64,000 bases of DNA from Octopus sinensis (lineage: Eukaryota). The first letter of the stretch is position 1. Every line of letters begins with the position of its first letter. Made by a program: the position numbers and the translations under genes. The stretch covers positions 103,292,001 to 103,356,000 of the forward strand of contig NC_042997.1 in NCBI RefSeq assembly GCF_006345805.1, read 5' to 3'. Positions 40,741 through 54,268 of this stretch are shown here, in pieces. Below the pieces are notes generated by a model. That model saw nothing but the letters and a program-made list of their open reading frames with translations, had not been told where the DNA came from and did no database searches.

Positions 40741-43700
40741 TCATTGCAAAACAAAAAGTGCATTTAGCCGCTGAGGAAATCTAAACAGATGACTGAAACT
40801 AATTCGGCTAGTCTCTCTTTATGACAGCGAAAATATTTCATATAACATGGTGCTTACACCTGTCTATACAGTATAGGCTAATCAATGGATATTAGCCAAT
40901 AGTAGAAAAACTAAAATATTAATATTCGTAGGTTTGGATGTGTACTAAGACGTTTGCTTCCTAGCCATATGGCTCCGATTTCAGTCTTGTGGTGTGGCAC
41001 CTTGCGCAAATGCCTTCTACTCTAACCTCATGCTGGCCAAATCCGTCTGAGTAGATTTGGAAAACGGAAGCTGAAAGAATCCTGCCGTATATGTATATAG
41101 TTTACATAATTTTGATATATTTTAAAATATATTTTATAAGTGAAAAAGTATTGTGTTTGTCGACTGGTTTCACTTTCGCTGATCATCACACTGAAATTAT
41201 TGTAATTTCGTATTTTCTTAAGGAGATTTTAGTCCATGTTCTTGGAGGGAAGTTTGTGAATGAATCAGCAAGTAGAAAAATTTAAAGGACGGTAATTAGT
41301 GATCGTTATTATTCGGTACAGGGGAGGCATTTGCTCATTTTTGTGAGGGTAATAAATAATTATGCAAAAACACAAAAGTTAAAGTAGTAAGATGAAATAT
41401 GTACACCAATATTTGTCGTTAGCATATCAGGCAAAATGCCTTGCGGTATTTAGTCTCTCTTTAGTACAAAGTTTAAATTTTGCCTAGGTCGGATTTACCT
41501 TTCATCTTTTCGGGGTTGATAAAATAAGTACCAATATGTTTAATCGACTTAGTCCAGCACCCCAAAACTGCATGCCTTGTGCTAAAATTTGAAATCAATA
41601 TTTGCAGTAATGAAAACTTAAAGGAATAATCTTTAATTTCCATACTAGTGATCGTGAATGCACAGTGTATGAGATATTATAGAGATAGAAATATAGGGTT
41701 TTTGTTGTTATTTTGTCTTTCCTAAAGAACATTTTCATGTAAACGAAAGGCAAAATGTTCTCAAATTGAAATCAAAACTAAATTTTGCTTAGAATCTAAT
41801 ATTTTACTGCTTAAGGATTTTGAAGGTGATGACAATAATTCGAATAAAACATGTTTCAAGAGATACTTAAATGCTATTTTTCCTGATGGTTTAGTTTACA
41901 TTGATTTCTATTGTGCATCGTTTTTGTTGTTTTTCTCTTTTTTCTTTTAAGCTTATAATACTTTCGGTATACGCATTTTATATAAACCAATTTCAGAGAT
42001 CGTCTCTATTTCTCACTGTCACTCCCTTCTCTTCTCTCTCTCTTTCTCCCTCTCAAATCATGGCGGGCGTTTTATTTTATCATGGGTGAAAGAACTTTTG
42101 AGGTATAGTTTATACTGGATTTTAATCACACACACATTTTTTTTCGCATTTAAATTCTAAATTATCTGTCTCTTAAACTTGTAATATGGTTGCATTGGTA
42201 GAACAGAGCTTCATACTACATGCCTTGTGTCACTTTGTCTTTATTAAATTCTGCGCTTAAATCCAACCATGCCTTCCATCTTTCCCAGGTTGCTGAAATA
42301 CATACCAGTTAAATACTAGTTTTTGCGTCCATGTGTATAATCGATCAAAATGTGTAACCTCGCGCCAATGTAAGAAATTGAAATTTCTGATATAGTTATC
42401 ACTTTGAACCATGCACGTAGTGAGTTCTGTACTATAGGCGATAAACTTCAGGCCGTTTCTATCAACGAGCTAGTTTCGATCACATTAATGCGCCTAAGAA
42501 AGGCAAATGAGTCAAACTTTGCTGGGCACTTTTTAAAAATATGAAGCTCTGTTCTCATCCGCTTGAATCTGCATAAATTACATTATTATTTAGTCAATTT
42601 ATTTCTTTGTATTTACTTTAAAAAATATTTCCAAATTTATATAGATATAAATCACATAGAATTTCGAATTCGTATGAGGAAAAGTGTGCAAAGAAAATGC
42701 TATGTAGGTTACATTTCAACACTGCTTTTGCTTTTATCTTTGAGAAAGAAAATCCTTGGAAACCATATGCCATGATTTAAAGAGAGAGGGTAGAAAGAAA
42801 CTTTGAAATCTCACATCGAAAATACGCAGAGAAATTCATTTGCATTTAGCCCAAGATCTATGAGTTGACATTCCCTTAGTGGAAGCACTCCGTCGGTTAC
42901 GACGACGAGGGTTCCGGTTGATCCGAATCAACGGAACAGCCTGCTCGTGAAATTAACGTGTAAGTGGCTGAGCACTCCACAGACACGTGTACCCTTAACG
43001 TAGTTCTCGGGGATATTCAGCGTGACACAGAGAGTGACAAGGCCGGCCCTTTGAAATACAGGTACAACAGAAACAGGAAGTCGTCTAAATCTCTTGAGTT
43101 TTCCAAACAACTTTTCTGATTTCGGTAGAGCTTTACATCTAATGCACTTTACTAACACTACAACTTTGCTGGTAGACTTCATACAATCAGACCCTAATTT
43201 TGAAAATTTGTGTTTATATTCTACGCCTATACATATTAGTTTGCGGCTGTGTAGTTATCAGATCCGAACCATTAACATGACTAGCACATACTCTATCAAG
43301 CGCCGAGGGATAAAAATCGAAGGCGGCTACGTTCGACACTACTTGAACTAAGAATGGGACAAAATGCCGGAAGCTTCTACTGTTTCTCTCACTCAGCTAC
43401 CTTTACCAATTTAAATGACAGTCGTTGACAATAAACAGACCAGTCCTCAATTTTTCTTTTTCCAGCGAAACCATTTGGTACTAGTGCTTATTCAGTTGCT
43501 AATGCTGCATTGTATTTCCATATACATGGAAACTGTGAGAAGGACTTGTACTAAAGCCTACATATTATTTTGGTTGGAATTCACAATTGGATATATCACA
43601 GACTACATATAGAAAACAATACAGAGGAGAGTGGTTATAAAATATTTAGTTATACTATCTTATGCACGTCTCATTGACAAAGAGTTATTATTAGTTATAT

Positions 43701-45132
43701 AATGGAAATTATATAATCAGATCACATTGTAAAATTTGCAGAGAGCCGTAACTCTCATTCGTAATAACACTGGGATAGTAACAGCGTTTCTATGCAAGTT
43801 ACACATCTCAGAAGATCTGTCAATGCAAATTGGTTGTAGAAATTACAATATAATTATTTTGTTAATGAAACGCAAAGTGGTGTAAATAAATATATTATAA
43901 ACTATCTCGCCTCTTTTGTTTTGTCACATATATATATATATATATACATACATATATATATATATGGGTGTATGAGTGCGCGCGTGTGTGTGTGTGTGTG
44001 TTTATATCAAACTCTTAATTACAGAAATATTATTAAGTGTTCATTTTCCGTTCCTGCCTTTTACACATTTCAAGTTATGTATTTTTACATGCTGAGCTTT
44101 TAGGCCAAAGAAAGAGATCAACTTCAATGCCATTTTCTTACTGTTCCAGTTTTAAAGCAAGACTTGTTTTATGGTTTAATGGTGGAAAAGGCACTGAAGA
44201 AAGCTGCATTAAGAAAAGCTTCGTATTTAATAAAATTACTATAAAACATTCTAAGCGTCTCTCATTTTTTTTTTATCTTAGTAATTCTGACTCTTCAGCA
44301 ATACTGTTTGAGGGAATGATTAATTTCTCTTAATGACTAAAGTACATTATTTAAATTATGTAGTTTGACCTCATAATGAATTACCATATATTTTATAAAA
44401 TTCATTGAGACAGAGTAAAAAAAATCATGGTTATGTAGATAAAAGCAATGTGATATGAAGTGCCGATGCAACAGGTTAAAGAATTTAACCCACCAATGTA
44501 CGATCAGAAGCTGAAATTCCTAACCATTTAACCACGGGTATTCATTATACAATACATATAATTAATTAAATTCAAAAGTGAGAGATAAAAGTATTTACTC
44601 CATATATTTATAATTGTTTCGTATTCTGTTTTCAGTAATATTATCGCCCCTAAAGCGCCCTACATACATATAAATATACATACAGATGTATGGACATACG
44701 TGTAATTTAGAACAAGGAATAAGATTTCTCATAAGAACATTTTATGGGCATTAAATAATTGGGTCTATCGAATTAAGCTGGGTCTATTCAATATATACAA
44801 ATTGACCTGGGATTTATTAGCTAACGACGCAACCTTCTTAAATATAAGAAACGCTCAATTTAGAAACTCCGGTAAATACAACGAAAGAATAAAGTAGATA
44901 AGATAAAATATGTAAAACAAAATAAAATTTTCTTTTACTTATCTTCACTCTCCACCATTGTGACACCCGGAGTTTCAGAAGCACGCTGACGTTAATTTGA
45001 TACCCTAAAAACAACTGTCTTCTTGATGGCGAAATACTCTACGAAGAGCTTACCGTGAGTATTGTTTGATTCTTTGAGTCCCTATTTCCGCTTGTACATG
45101 CATATATATGTGTGTATATGTATATGTATATG

Positions 45133-45180
<48 letters not shown>

Positions 45181-45279
45181 ATATATAATATATATATATA
45201 TACATACATATATATATATTGATTTTTCTGAGAAGTTAGCATATAAGGAAGACTTATAACCTCCACGCGCACACCGGAA

Positions 45280-45700
45280 GAGGACCAGAAAGAGAAACAT
45301 AATTGGTTGTTCAATCCTCCATTTGACCAAAAAGTTTTCATTAATGTAGCTTTGAGCTTCCTGCCGTTGATTTAGAAATAGTTCCCCGGGGCCATAAAAA
45401 CTGTATGCTTTTCAACCCCTGTAACCTCACGGTGACCTCCTCCTGCTTAGACAACATCGCTTCTAAGGCTACACGCCACAACAGGCGCAAATATGCACTC
45501 ACACTAACTCCAAACCCAACACTTTAATTTTCGAAACCCTACTAGCTGCCCTATAAGAGGATTATGTCTCTCAAGGGCTGTACTGTAAAAACCCATCCTC
45601 ACACCATCCGATAGCATCACAAGGTACTACAACAGCATGAAGGGCAATGACTTCAAGGGACGGTACTCACCAAATATGCATTCGCATATTCCACTGAAAT
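45280..45700 (+). mobile_element. Degraded Penelope-like element fragment (region before GIY-YIG)
   Basis: WLFNPPFDQKV...FP...FN...SC...NFRNPTSCPIRGLCL, resembling the WFNPPF...CNCR...CPL.G.CL segment of PLE ORFs. Confidence 0.65.
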
Positions 45701-46149
45701 TAGGTAAATAATCCTTGCACTGAAATAGGTATTCCACTGAAATTAGGTAAATAATCCTTCGAACAGACAGTCAGCAGCGACGCCTGTCGGGTTCGGCTAC
45801 TCATTGATAAAGGGAAAATATCCTGAAACATGTCTGTAGATGCCTGACCAGCAAGGGGAAGCAGCTGATCTCCCCTGTTCGAAGGTTATAATGGACACAT
45901 ATTTGTATGTCATATAGAAAGCTAGAGGTGATGGCCTCTTGAATCTAATCAACGGCAGCTTTCGTCCTATATTTATGGACTGCAATATTAGCTTGGCGAT
46001 AACTGTTAACATCCAGTACCACTGCTGTAGTCTCCTTTAGAGAGACTTAGAAATAATAATATTTATATATATATGGCGGTGCCCCAGCATGACCACAGCT
46101 CATGAGCTGAAACTGGAAAAATCAAAATCAAAATCAAAATCAAATATAT

Positions 46150-46153
46150 ATAT

Positions 46154-46196
<43 letters not shown>

Positions 46197-46346
46197 GTAT
46201 ATATATATGTTATATATATATATAGATATATATATATATATTATATATGTATATATATAATATATATGTATATATATATATGTATATATGTATATATGTA
46301 TATATATATGTATATATATGTATATATATTATATATATATAATATG

Positions 46347-46381
<35 letters not shown>

Positions 46382-46449
46382 GTAATATATATATATATAT
46401 ATGGTATATATATATATATATGTATATATATATGTATATATAAATATAC

Positions 46450-46481
<32 letters not shown>

Positions 46482-46638
46482 GTATATAAATATACATATA
46501 TATATATATATTATATGTATATATATGTATATATAAATATACATATATATTATATATGTATATATATATATATATGTAATATATATATATATGTATATAT
46601 ATATATGTATATATAAATATACATATATATATATATAG

Positions 46639-46690
<52 letters not shown>

Positions 46691-46691
46691 G

Positions 46692-46724
<33 letters not shown>

Positions 46725-46734
46725 GTATATATAA

Positions 46735-46765
<31 letters not shown>

Positions 46766-46766
46766 A

Positions 46767-46824
<58 letters not shown>

Positions 46825-46825
46825 G
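46150..46825. repeat. Long degenerate (TA)n microsatellite (largest of dozens of TA/CA/ATGT/ATCT/TAA tracts)
   Basis: Direct reading. Confidence 0.98.
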
Positions 46826-47401
46826 CGCATACACCGGAGGAAAGCACTTCTGTAGGCAAGGATATACATTCTCCCAGACAAACACGCACTCATTCGTTCG
46901 TACGTATACAAATGAATACTGGAATCCACATACCCACGTTCACCTATCATACTTACGAATATATACCCCTACATGCATTCTAAGTAAGAAGGCACCATAC
47001 ACATATATACACCAGGCAATAACGGACATGCATTCTCACACTCACACACCCATACACCTGATACATATGCAGCTGATATACACAGCTGATACAAACACCC
47101 ACATATTTGCGCACGTGAGAACTCATACATGACTGATAAGCGCCTGCACCCATACGTATACACACTCTAGCTAACACGCACATATGTACCAACAAGCTGA
47201 TGCCATCAGCTACCACCTACATGCCAGCTTACACACATACACACAAGAAAAGCAAGTAAACACGCATAGGCGTCAAACACCTACATCTAACCACTCATAC
47301 ATCTAGTACACACATACATGCACAAACATGTGTGTTTTCGGGAAAAATTTTTTATCAATGGCCAGCATATCAAAAAATACCTTTAAAGGTTAAATTTATA
47401 A

Positions 47402-47643
47402 ATAATTTACAAAACAAGGGCAAAAGAAAAATTCTAATGCCAAATATGCCCCAAAAAAGACAAAATTGTCAAATAACCATTATAATTTATGCGACACGAA
47501 ACAAACCGATAGAAATCTCTTTTTTTATAGATTTCTATCGGTTTGTTTCGAGACGCATAAATTATAATGGTTATTTGACAATTTTGTCTTTTTTTTCGGC
47601 ATATTTGGCATTAGAATTTTTCTTTTACCCTTATTTTGTAAAT

Positions 47644-47646
<3 letters not shown>
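47402..47646. repeat. Near-perfect palindrome, ~117-bp arms, 10-nt loop
   Basis: 47402-47518 is the reverse complement of 47529-47646 with a few mismatches. Confidence 0.92.
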
Positions 47647-47693
<47 letters not shown>

Positions 47694-47926
47694 CGAGAGA
47701 TTTTTCCCCACGTGTAGAAATATAAGAAAAATAGAAGTTGAAAATGCTCTGAGAATAGTTAAATATTTTTATACAATATATTTAAAGGTTTAACCGGTTT
47801 CACAGATTTTCAAAAAGTTCAAATAAAAAGACTTGGCTTATGTCGCAGCTGTCTTGCTTCTGACTAGTGCTTAAACCTTGCGCTATTTTTTTATAGGGAG
47901 TTCATAGGGAGTTTATAGGGAGTTCT

Positions 47927-48403
47927 TGTACTCTTTACTCTTTTACTTGTTTCAGTCATTTGACTGCGGCCAGGCTGGAGCACCGCCTTGCGTCGAGCAA
48001 ATAGCCCACAGGACTTATTCTATCGGTCTCTTTTGCCGAAACGCTATGTTACGGGGACGTAAACGCATCACTATCGGTTGTCAAGCGATGTTGCGGGGAC
48101 AAACACAGATACACACACACATACACACACACACACAAATATATATATATATACATATATATATATTCATATATATATATATAGGTAAACAGTAAAAATA
48201 ATTACAGACATGGACAAGAACATGAAACACCACAGAGACGACACAAGAACCACAGGACGGGACATTCGAAGCCCTCAGTCATCAGTCAAGAACCAGATCA
48301 TCTTAGCAATTTCGGCTGATTAATCTTGAGATTGCTCCGATTTGGGCAGCCCGCCAAGGGAAATCTAAGCCAAGCGCATTAGATCCCCTGGAAGAAAGCT
48401 TCG

Positions 48404-48468
<65 letters not shown>

Positions 48469-48702
48469 TCATATATATATATATATATATAATATATATA
48501 TATATATTATATATATATATATACATATATATATACACATATATACGACGGACTTCTTTCAGTTGCCTACCACATCCACTCACAGGCTTTGGTCGGCCCG
48601 AGGCTATAGTAGAAGACACTTGCCCAAGGTGTCACACAGTGGGACTGAACCCGGAACCATGTTGTTGGTAAGCAAGCTACTTACCACACAGCCACTCTTG
48701 CG
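47927..48702 (-). mobile_element. SINE-B split by an insertion (about 48185-48400) in its internal microsatellite
   Basis: 3' half at 47927-48120, 5' half at 48545-48702. Confidence 0.8.
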
Positions 48703-48704
48703 GT

Positions 48705-49520
48705 TGTTTCTTTCTGAAATGTCTTTTTAGTTGATGGTGACTATAATTTCCATATTTAGGTGTTTGATTAATCGGTAGCGAATGGGGTTTGTGGATTTTA
48801 ACTTCCTTCAGGAATGGGTTCTCGGTAGAGTACTCGTTTTCTAAATGAGATTCATAATTGGAGAACAAAAGAGAACTTCTCTCCCATCGTTGAAGATATG
48901 TTAATTCCTCGTTTTCACATTTTTCTGCCTAAAGTTTAATATTGTTTTCTCGGCTTTCGGATGTTTTTGAAATTTCTATATGCATTTATGCATCAATCGT
49001 TTTAAATTTTTTTTCGTTGGAATTTGCTCTTAGCCGTAATAGCTGGGTTTCCATTCTGAATTTGTCGTGAGCCATTTTTTCTCTAATTTTTTGTTGTTGT
49101 CCTGGTTCATTAGTGACAGGTTTTATTTGCAGTTTCTTTGGGAGGATGATCGGTGTTGAATTAAGTCATTTTTCATATATATTTCCACTTTGCCATTATT
49201 TTTAATGAAGTTCCAAAAGGCTAATTTATGGGCAGTGAAGTCTAGGTTCCATATATGTTTTATAGTGTTCTCGATTGCAAAGGTTTCTCGTTGCAGGTTG
49301 ATGTTATCTTCTTCAGTTTTTGGATTTTGTTTCACCTTCTGGAGCATCACTGTTTTTATAGTTTTACATAACTGGTTGAGGGTTTGGACAACTATTTCTT
49401 CCGTTTTTCTTCTTCAATCATCTCCTAAGAGTTGGTGTGTATCTCGTCGATTTTGTTGGATAAGACTGTGAGCTTGAAGATATCTTTCAGTTCTTTTAGT
49501 ATAATTCTTTTAGTTATAAC
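48705..49520 (-). mobile_element. Degraded repeat-derived coding remnant, family unassigned
   Basis: Charged, coiled-coil-like peptides across frameshifts (ORFs 49123-49350, 48677-48868). Confidence 0.3.
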
Positions 49521-49954
49521 CAAGAAGTACCTTGATTTAGACGCAAAATATACTGTCACATGAGGCTAACACACAAACCTAGCGGGAAGCGTACAAAAGG
49601 TTCTAAACTTAATCATGAGTTCATTCCCTACAAACACTTGGCAGAAAACATACAGGCCATTGATTGTTTAGACATGTTCAGTCAACCGTGTCAGCCTTAA
49701 CTTACGACGCCAAATATTGTCACTTGATACTTAGTTATGTGACTATTCTCAGATTTGATTGGTAGAGAATAGTCACATGGCTGATATCAGAAATGTTTGA
49801 AGGTTCCCGGCTATGTCCGTGTGTTAGTATCAAGTGACAATGTCATTATGGCGTCTAATGTCCCGAAGCATGTATACACACGCACTCATACACACATGTA
49901 CACGTATACACACGCACGACCACATACAGCACATTGCACATAATACCTATTTCT

Positions 49955-50178
49955 TTACTACCCACAAGGGGCTAAACACAGAGAGGACAAACAAGGACAG
50001 ACAAACGGATTAAGTCGATTACATCGACCACAGTGCGTAACTGGTACTTATTTAATCGACCCCGAAAGGATGAAAGGCAAAGTCGACCTCGGCGGAATTT
50101 GAACTCAGAACGTAGCGGCAGACGAAATACCGCTAAGAATTTCGCCCGGCGTGCTAACGTTTCTGCCAGCTCGCCGCC
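49955..50178 (-). mobile_element. Near-consensus SINE-A copy
   Basis: Full ggcggcgagctggcagaaacgttagcacgccggg head on the minus strand. Confidence 0.9.
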
Positions 50179-50422
50179 TATACCATCATACACTCTCATG
50201 CTGTTGCTCACACATTCACATACATATACCAGATTCACAGTCGACTCCCTTGCCACCCACGCTTCCAGTTGCCCTTGTTACTCACGCCTTAGCGATCTCT
50301 ACCATTCGGGTCATTCCAGCATGCACTAATTGTCCTATTGAGACATGTAAATTATATTCTCTCTATATTTTCCTCTCCTCTATACATATATATATATACA
50401 TATATATATATATGTGTGTGTG

Positions 50423-50524
<102 letters not shown>

Positions 50525-51560
50525 GGAGTAAGCACATAAATGTGAAACAAGGTGGAAAAAAGTGCTCAAATACCAGAGGCAGAGTAATATGCTTTATTTA
50601 AAAGCAGAAGAAATATAACAAAAGCTGGTACTCATAGTTTCACGTTCCCGTTCGTCGGACAGTTTTGTTAAAATAGAACATAAATAACGATATGATCAAA
50701 ACTACTTGAAGGATACACCTTAAAAATGGATTTGTTTCATTGGTCCTTTCAATTAACGGTCTTAAGCATGTAATGAACAAAATAAACAAAATAAATGAAT
50801 TCAATATAAATTCATCCTATTATAAAAATCAAGGAAAACCTTAAATCGCATTGGAACTAAGCCCGGAACCACATGGTTCCGGGCTTAGTTCCAATGCGCA
50901 ACAACTTGGGAAAAAAGTGTTCTTCTTCTATAACATCGGGCCAGCCAAAGCCTTGCGAGTGGATTAGGTAGACAGGAACTGAAAGAACCTCTCGTGTATA
51001 TGTGTGTGCACGTGCGTTTGTTTCCTTCCCCGTTTGACAACCGGTGTTGGCGTGTTTACATCCTAGTACTTTTGCGGTTGGGCCAAAGAAGCGAGAGAAT
51101 AAGCACCAGGGTGAAAAAATAGTTCTGTGGCCCGATACATTCAACTAAAAATTCTGCAAGGCGGTGCCCAGTAGGGGTAGAGTCTAATGTCTAAGACAAG
51201 AATCTAGTCTATTCCTGACTAAATGATTTGACAGATGGCTTCCGATAAAATAGATAAGAACATTCTGAGTGTAAAGCACCCCAATAAGCGAGCAGCATAT
51301 AGGTATACTCATTTAAGAGTATAGCTAACTTAGTATCGTGTGACAAGGAACGTGTTTTTTCTACAAAACTAGAGATGTGATTCAATTCATTTTTAAGTGG
51401 GTCTGGCAAATGTTATATATCATATACATACATATATACAAACAGGCATACATACATACATACATACATAAATACATACATACATACATACATACATACA
51501 GACAGACAGGCATACATACATACATACATACATACATACATACATACATACATACATACA

Positions 51561-51592
<32 letters not shown>

Positions 51593-51871
51593 AGTTTACT
51601 TTTTGATAATCTTTCTAGACCACTGAAAACATCTAAAAGTGTCACGTTTTGTAAATGTGAAATAAAATGTGATATACCGTTTTATTTTTAATTAAAAAAT
51701 TTTTTGATTCATTTTCTAATTAACAAGGAAAAAATAACAGAAACTGCTCATTGGAACAGTATGTTGACTATATAATAGTGTTTGCCTTCAAAATACAAAA
51801 TAAAATAAAAGATCTTTGAAGTGATATTGGAGACACTTTATTATAAAATATACAAAAAAGGATTTAGTTGA

Positions 51872-51908
<37 letters not shown>

Positions 51909-52462
51909 ATATATATATACATTTGTGGTGGGGAGGGTTCGCGAAAGCGTAAAATTTTTTTCGGAATTTAAATGTTTTATTGAAACAAAAAGAAACATAC
52001 TTTTATCACCGATATTGAACCATTTAGCACCAACTTCATTGGATAAGAAAGTTGTTAATCTGAGACATTATTTTCCTATTATAGAAAACTGTAAAAAAAT
52101 TTCGTCGTTAGATTCCGTTCAAGCTTGTCTATATTTGTCTTTAAACTCAAAGCTGAATTTCATCCTATGGATCTGGGTTGCATTGGAAAAATCTCACCTA
52201 CAATGAGAAAGAAACGTACAAAATGTGAACGAGTTACAATATGGCTTTGATACATTCATTTATTCATTCATTCTTCCTCTCTTTATTTTCTTATTTCTTT
52301 CTCTCGTTCTTTCTTTGTCTTATTTTTGTCAGTTTTATATGAAAGAGAAACCAATATTGGATAGGAATAAGAATGAAATTATCAATGCACGTGTGTATAT
52401 ATAGGATATCATATGTGTATGTATGTGTGCGTGTATGGATTCATATATATATACATAAATAC

Positions 52463-52525
<63 letters not shown>

Positions 52526-52539
52526 CATACATAATACAT

Positions 52540-52604
<65 letters not shown>

Positions 52605-54238
52605 TGTATGTATGTATTCACATATATTCACATACACACGTACATACATAGAATGAGGTGGGGAGAGGTAATCATGCAAATAAACACGTTTGGACTTGAT
52701 ATAGAAATACACACACACACACACACACATTTATATGTATATAGGGATAATACAAAATAGAATATAACAAGATTCCTGTATGAAACGTCTAAAGTTTTAC
52801 TGTACAAGTTATCGGTCACTAACTTAATGATGGTGGCTATTAACCTCACTTTTAAACTATATATTTAAGATATAAGCATTTATATTGCGTAAACGAGCCG
52901 GTTATTTAACCTAGATCATTGTACATCTTCAGATATAACATATCTAAAGGCATTCGATGACAGATCCCAAATAAAAGCAGTATAGGTATAGTCTCTTAAG
53001 ATTAACTTAATATTTCAAAAATGATCATCTTAAGATTTCCTTTACTGCATACCTTAAAGCTGGTTTCATAGGGTCAAAGATCAAAACAGAAGCTAAAGCT
53101 AAGAAATAGAAGAGGAGATTATTAACAGTATATATCAGAAACAAGTAATTCAGAGTGAACAGACATTCACGGTTGATTTCCGATTCAAGTATATAAAGCA
53201 TTAGTAAAGAGACTTTTAATTGACTGTTTTGTATTTGTGTAATTATAAAAACAAGAAATAATTCGAACATGAATAGACCAACCGATAGTTGGATTAACGT
53301 CATTAGTCAGATGTAAAGCACAGCTGTTCTGTTATATGTAAGAAAACATACGAAACAATTTCTTTGCTTTACCTCAACATAAAAGAACATATATTCCGGG
53401 GCCGTCTTAACAACATTAAGAGCCACAGAGCAAATCAACTCACTGGGCACGATGCGTATATTTACTTCTTGATATCAAGCTACAGCAGAGATAGATCAGA
53501 AGTGCCCAGTGTTCACATGCCTTATGACGGCTCTGTATAATATTTAACAACTCACTAAAATTTCCATTGTAGAGAGCCGGAAAAAAATAGTTTTATCTAT
53601 AAGAAAAACATCACACGCGCAATGAACAGGACTCCGAAATCGAAACTGAATGTCTGTATGCAATGAAGTGTGAGTTTGAGTTTGTAAACTACAGTGACAA
53701 CGTCAGATATGTTTTAGATTATGTAAAACCTTTTCAGTAATAAAGTAGAAACTATGCATATTTGACAATAGAAATGAATGACAAAATGGGTTGATTTTTA
53801 GCAAAGCATATAAAATGTTAAACAATTTAAAAGAATTTCCTGTGCGTAGTCTTCTGCGTAAAGTACACATGGTTAAAGTGGGAAATACTAAATGAAGTGA
53901 GCCAAAGAAGTCTAAGAAAACCGTAACAAATTGTGTCACTGAAATTATTGGAAAATATTTATGCGTGCGTGTCTGAGAGCACATGCATGTGCGCATGTGT
54001 GCACAAGTGCGTGCGCGCGTGTGTATATATATGTGTGCGTGTGCATGTAAGTATATCTATATGTGTGTGTGTGTGTGTTCGTACAGGTACAAGGTGTGTG
54101 TGTGTGTGTACGAATATGTGTACGATGTACACGTGTATATGTATATTTTCCTTGCATCGGTCTCTCAACTTGTGACCGAATTTCATGGTCACTGTCATGA
54201 CTTCATCAAAGCCTGGTGGACTTCATCCCTATCCAGGT

Positions 54239-54268
54239 CTAACAACAACAGATTTCTTGCAGAAAGAA
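54239..54268 (-). CDS. Candidate terminal exon (FFLQEICCC*)
   Basis: Very strong polypyrimidine acceptor (tctctttctatctttctctag) and phase-0 fit; alternatives cannot be excluded. Confidence 0.3.
   Translation of the reverse strand, partial: FFLQEICCC

Noticed and set aside
48255-48295. CTGATGA-containing hammerhead candidate on the minus strand
   Set aside because: GAAA is replaced by GAAT and no convincing stems I and III form.
53025-53303. 92-aa hydrophobic minus-strand ORF vaguely like a 7TM fragment
   Set aside because: AT-rich composition explains the hydrophobicity; no family motif or splice context.
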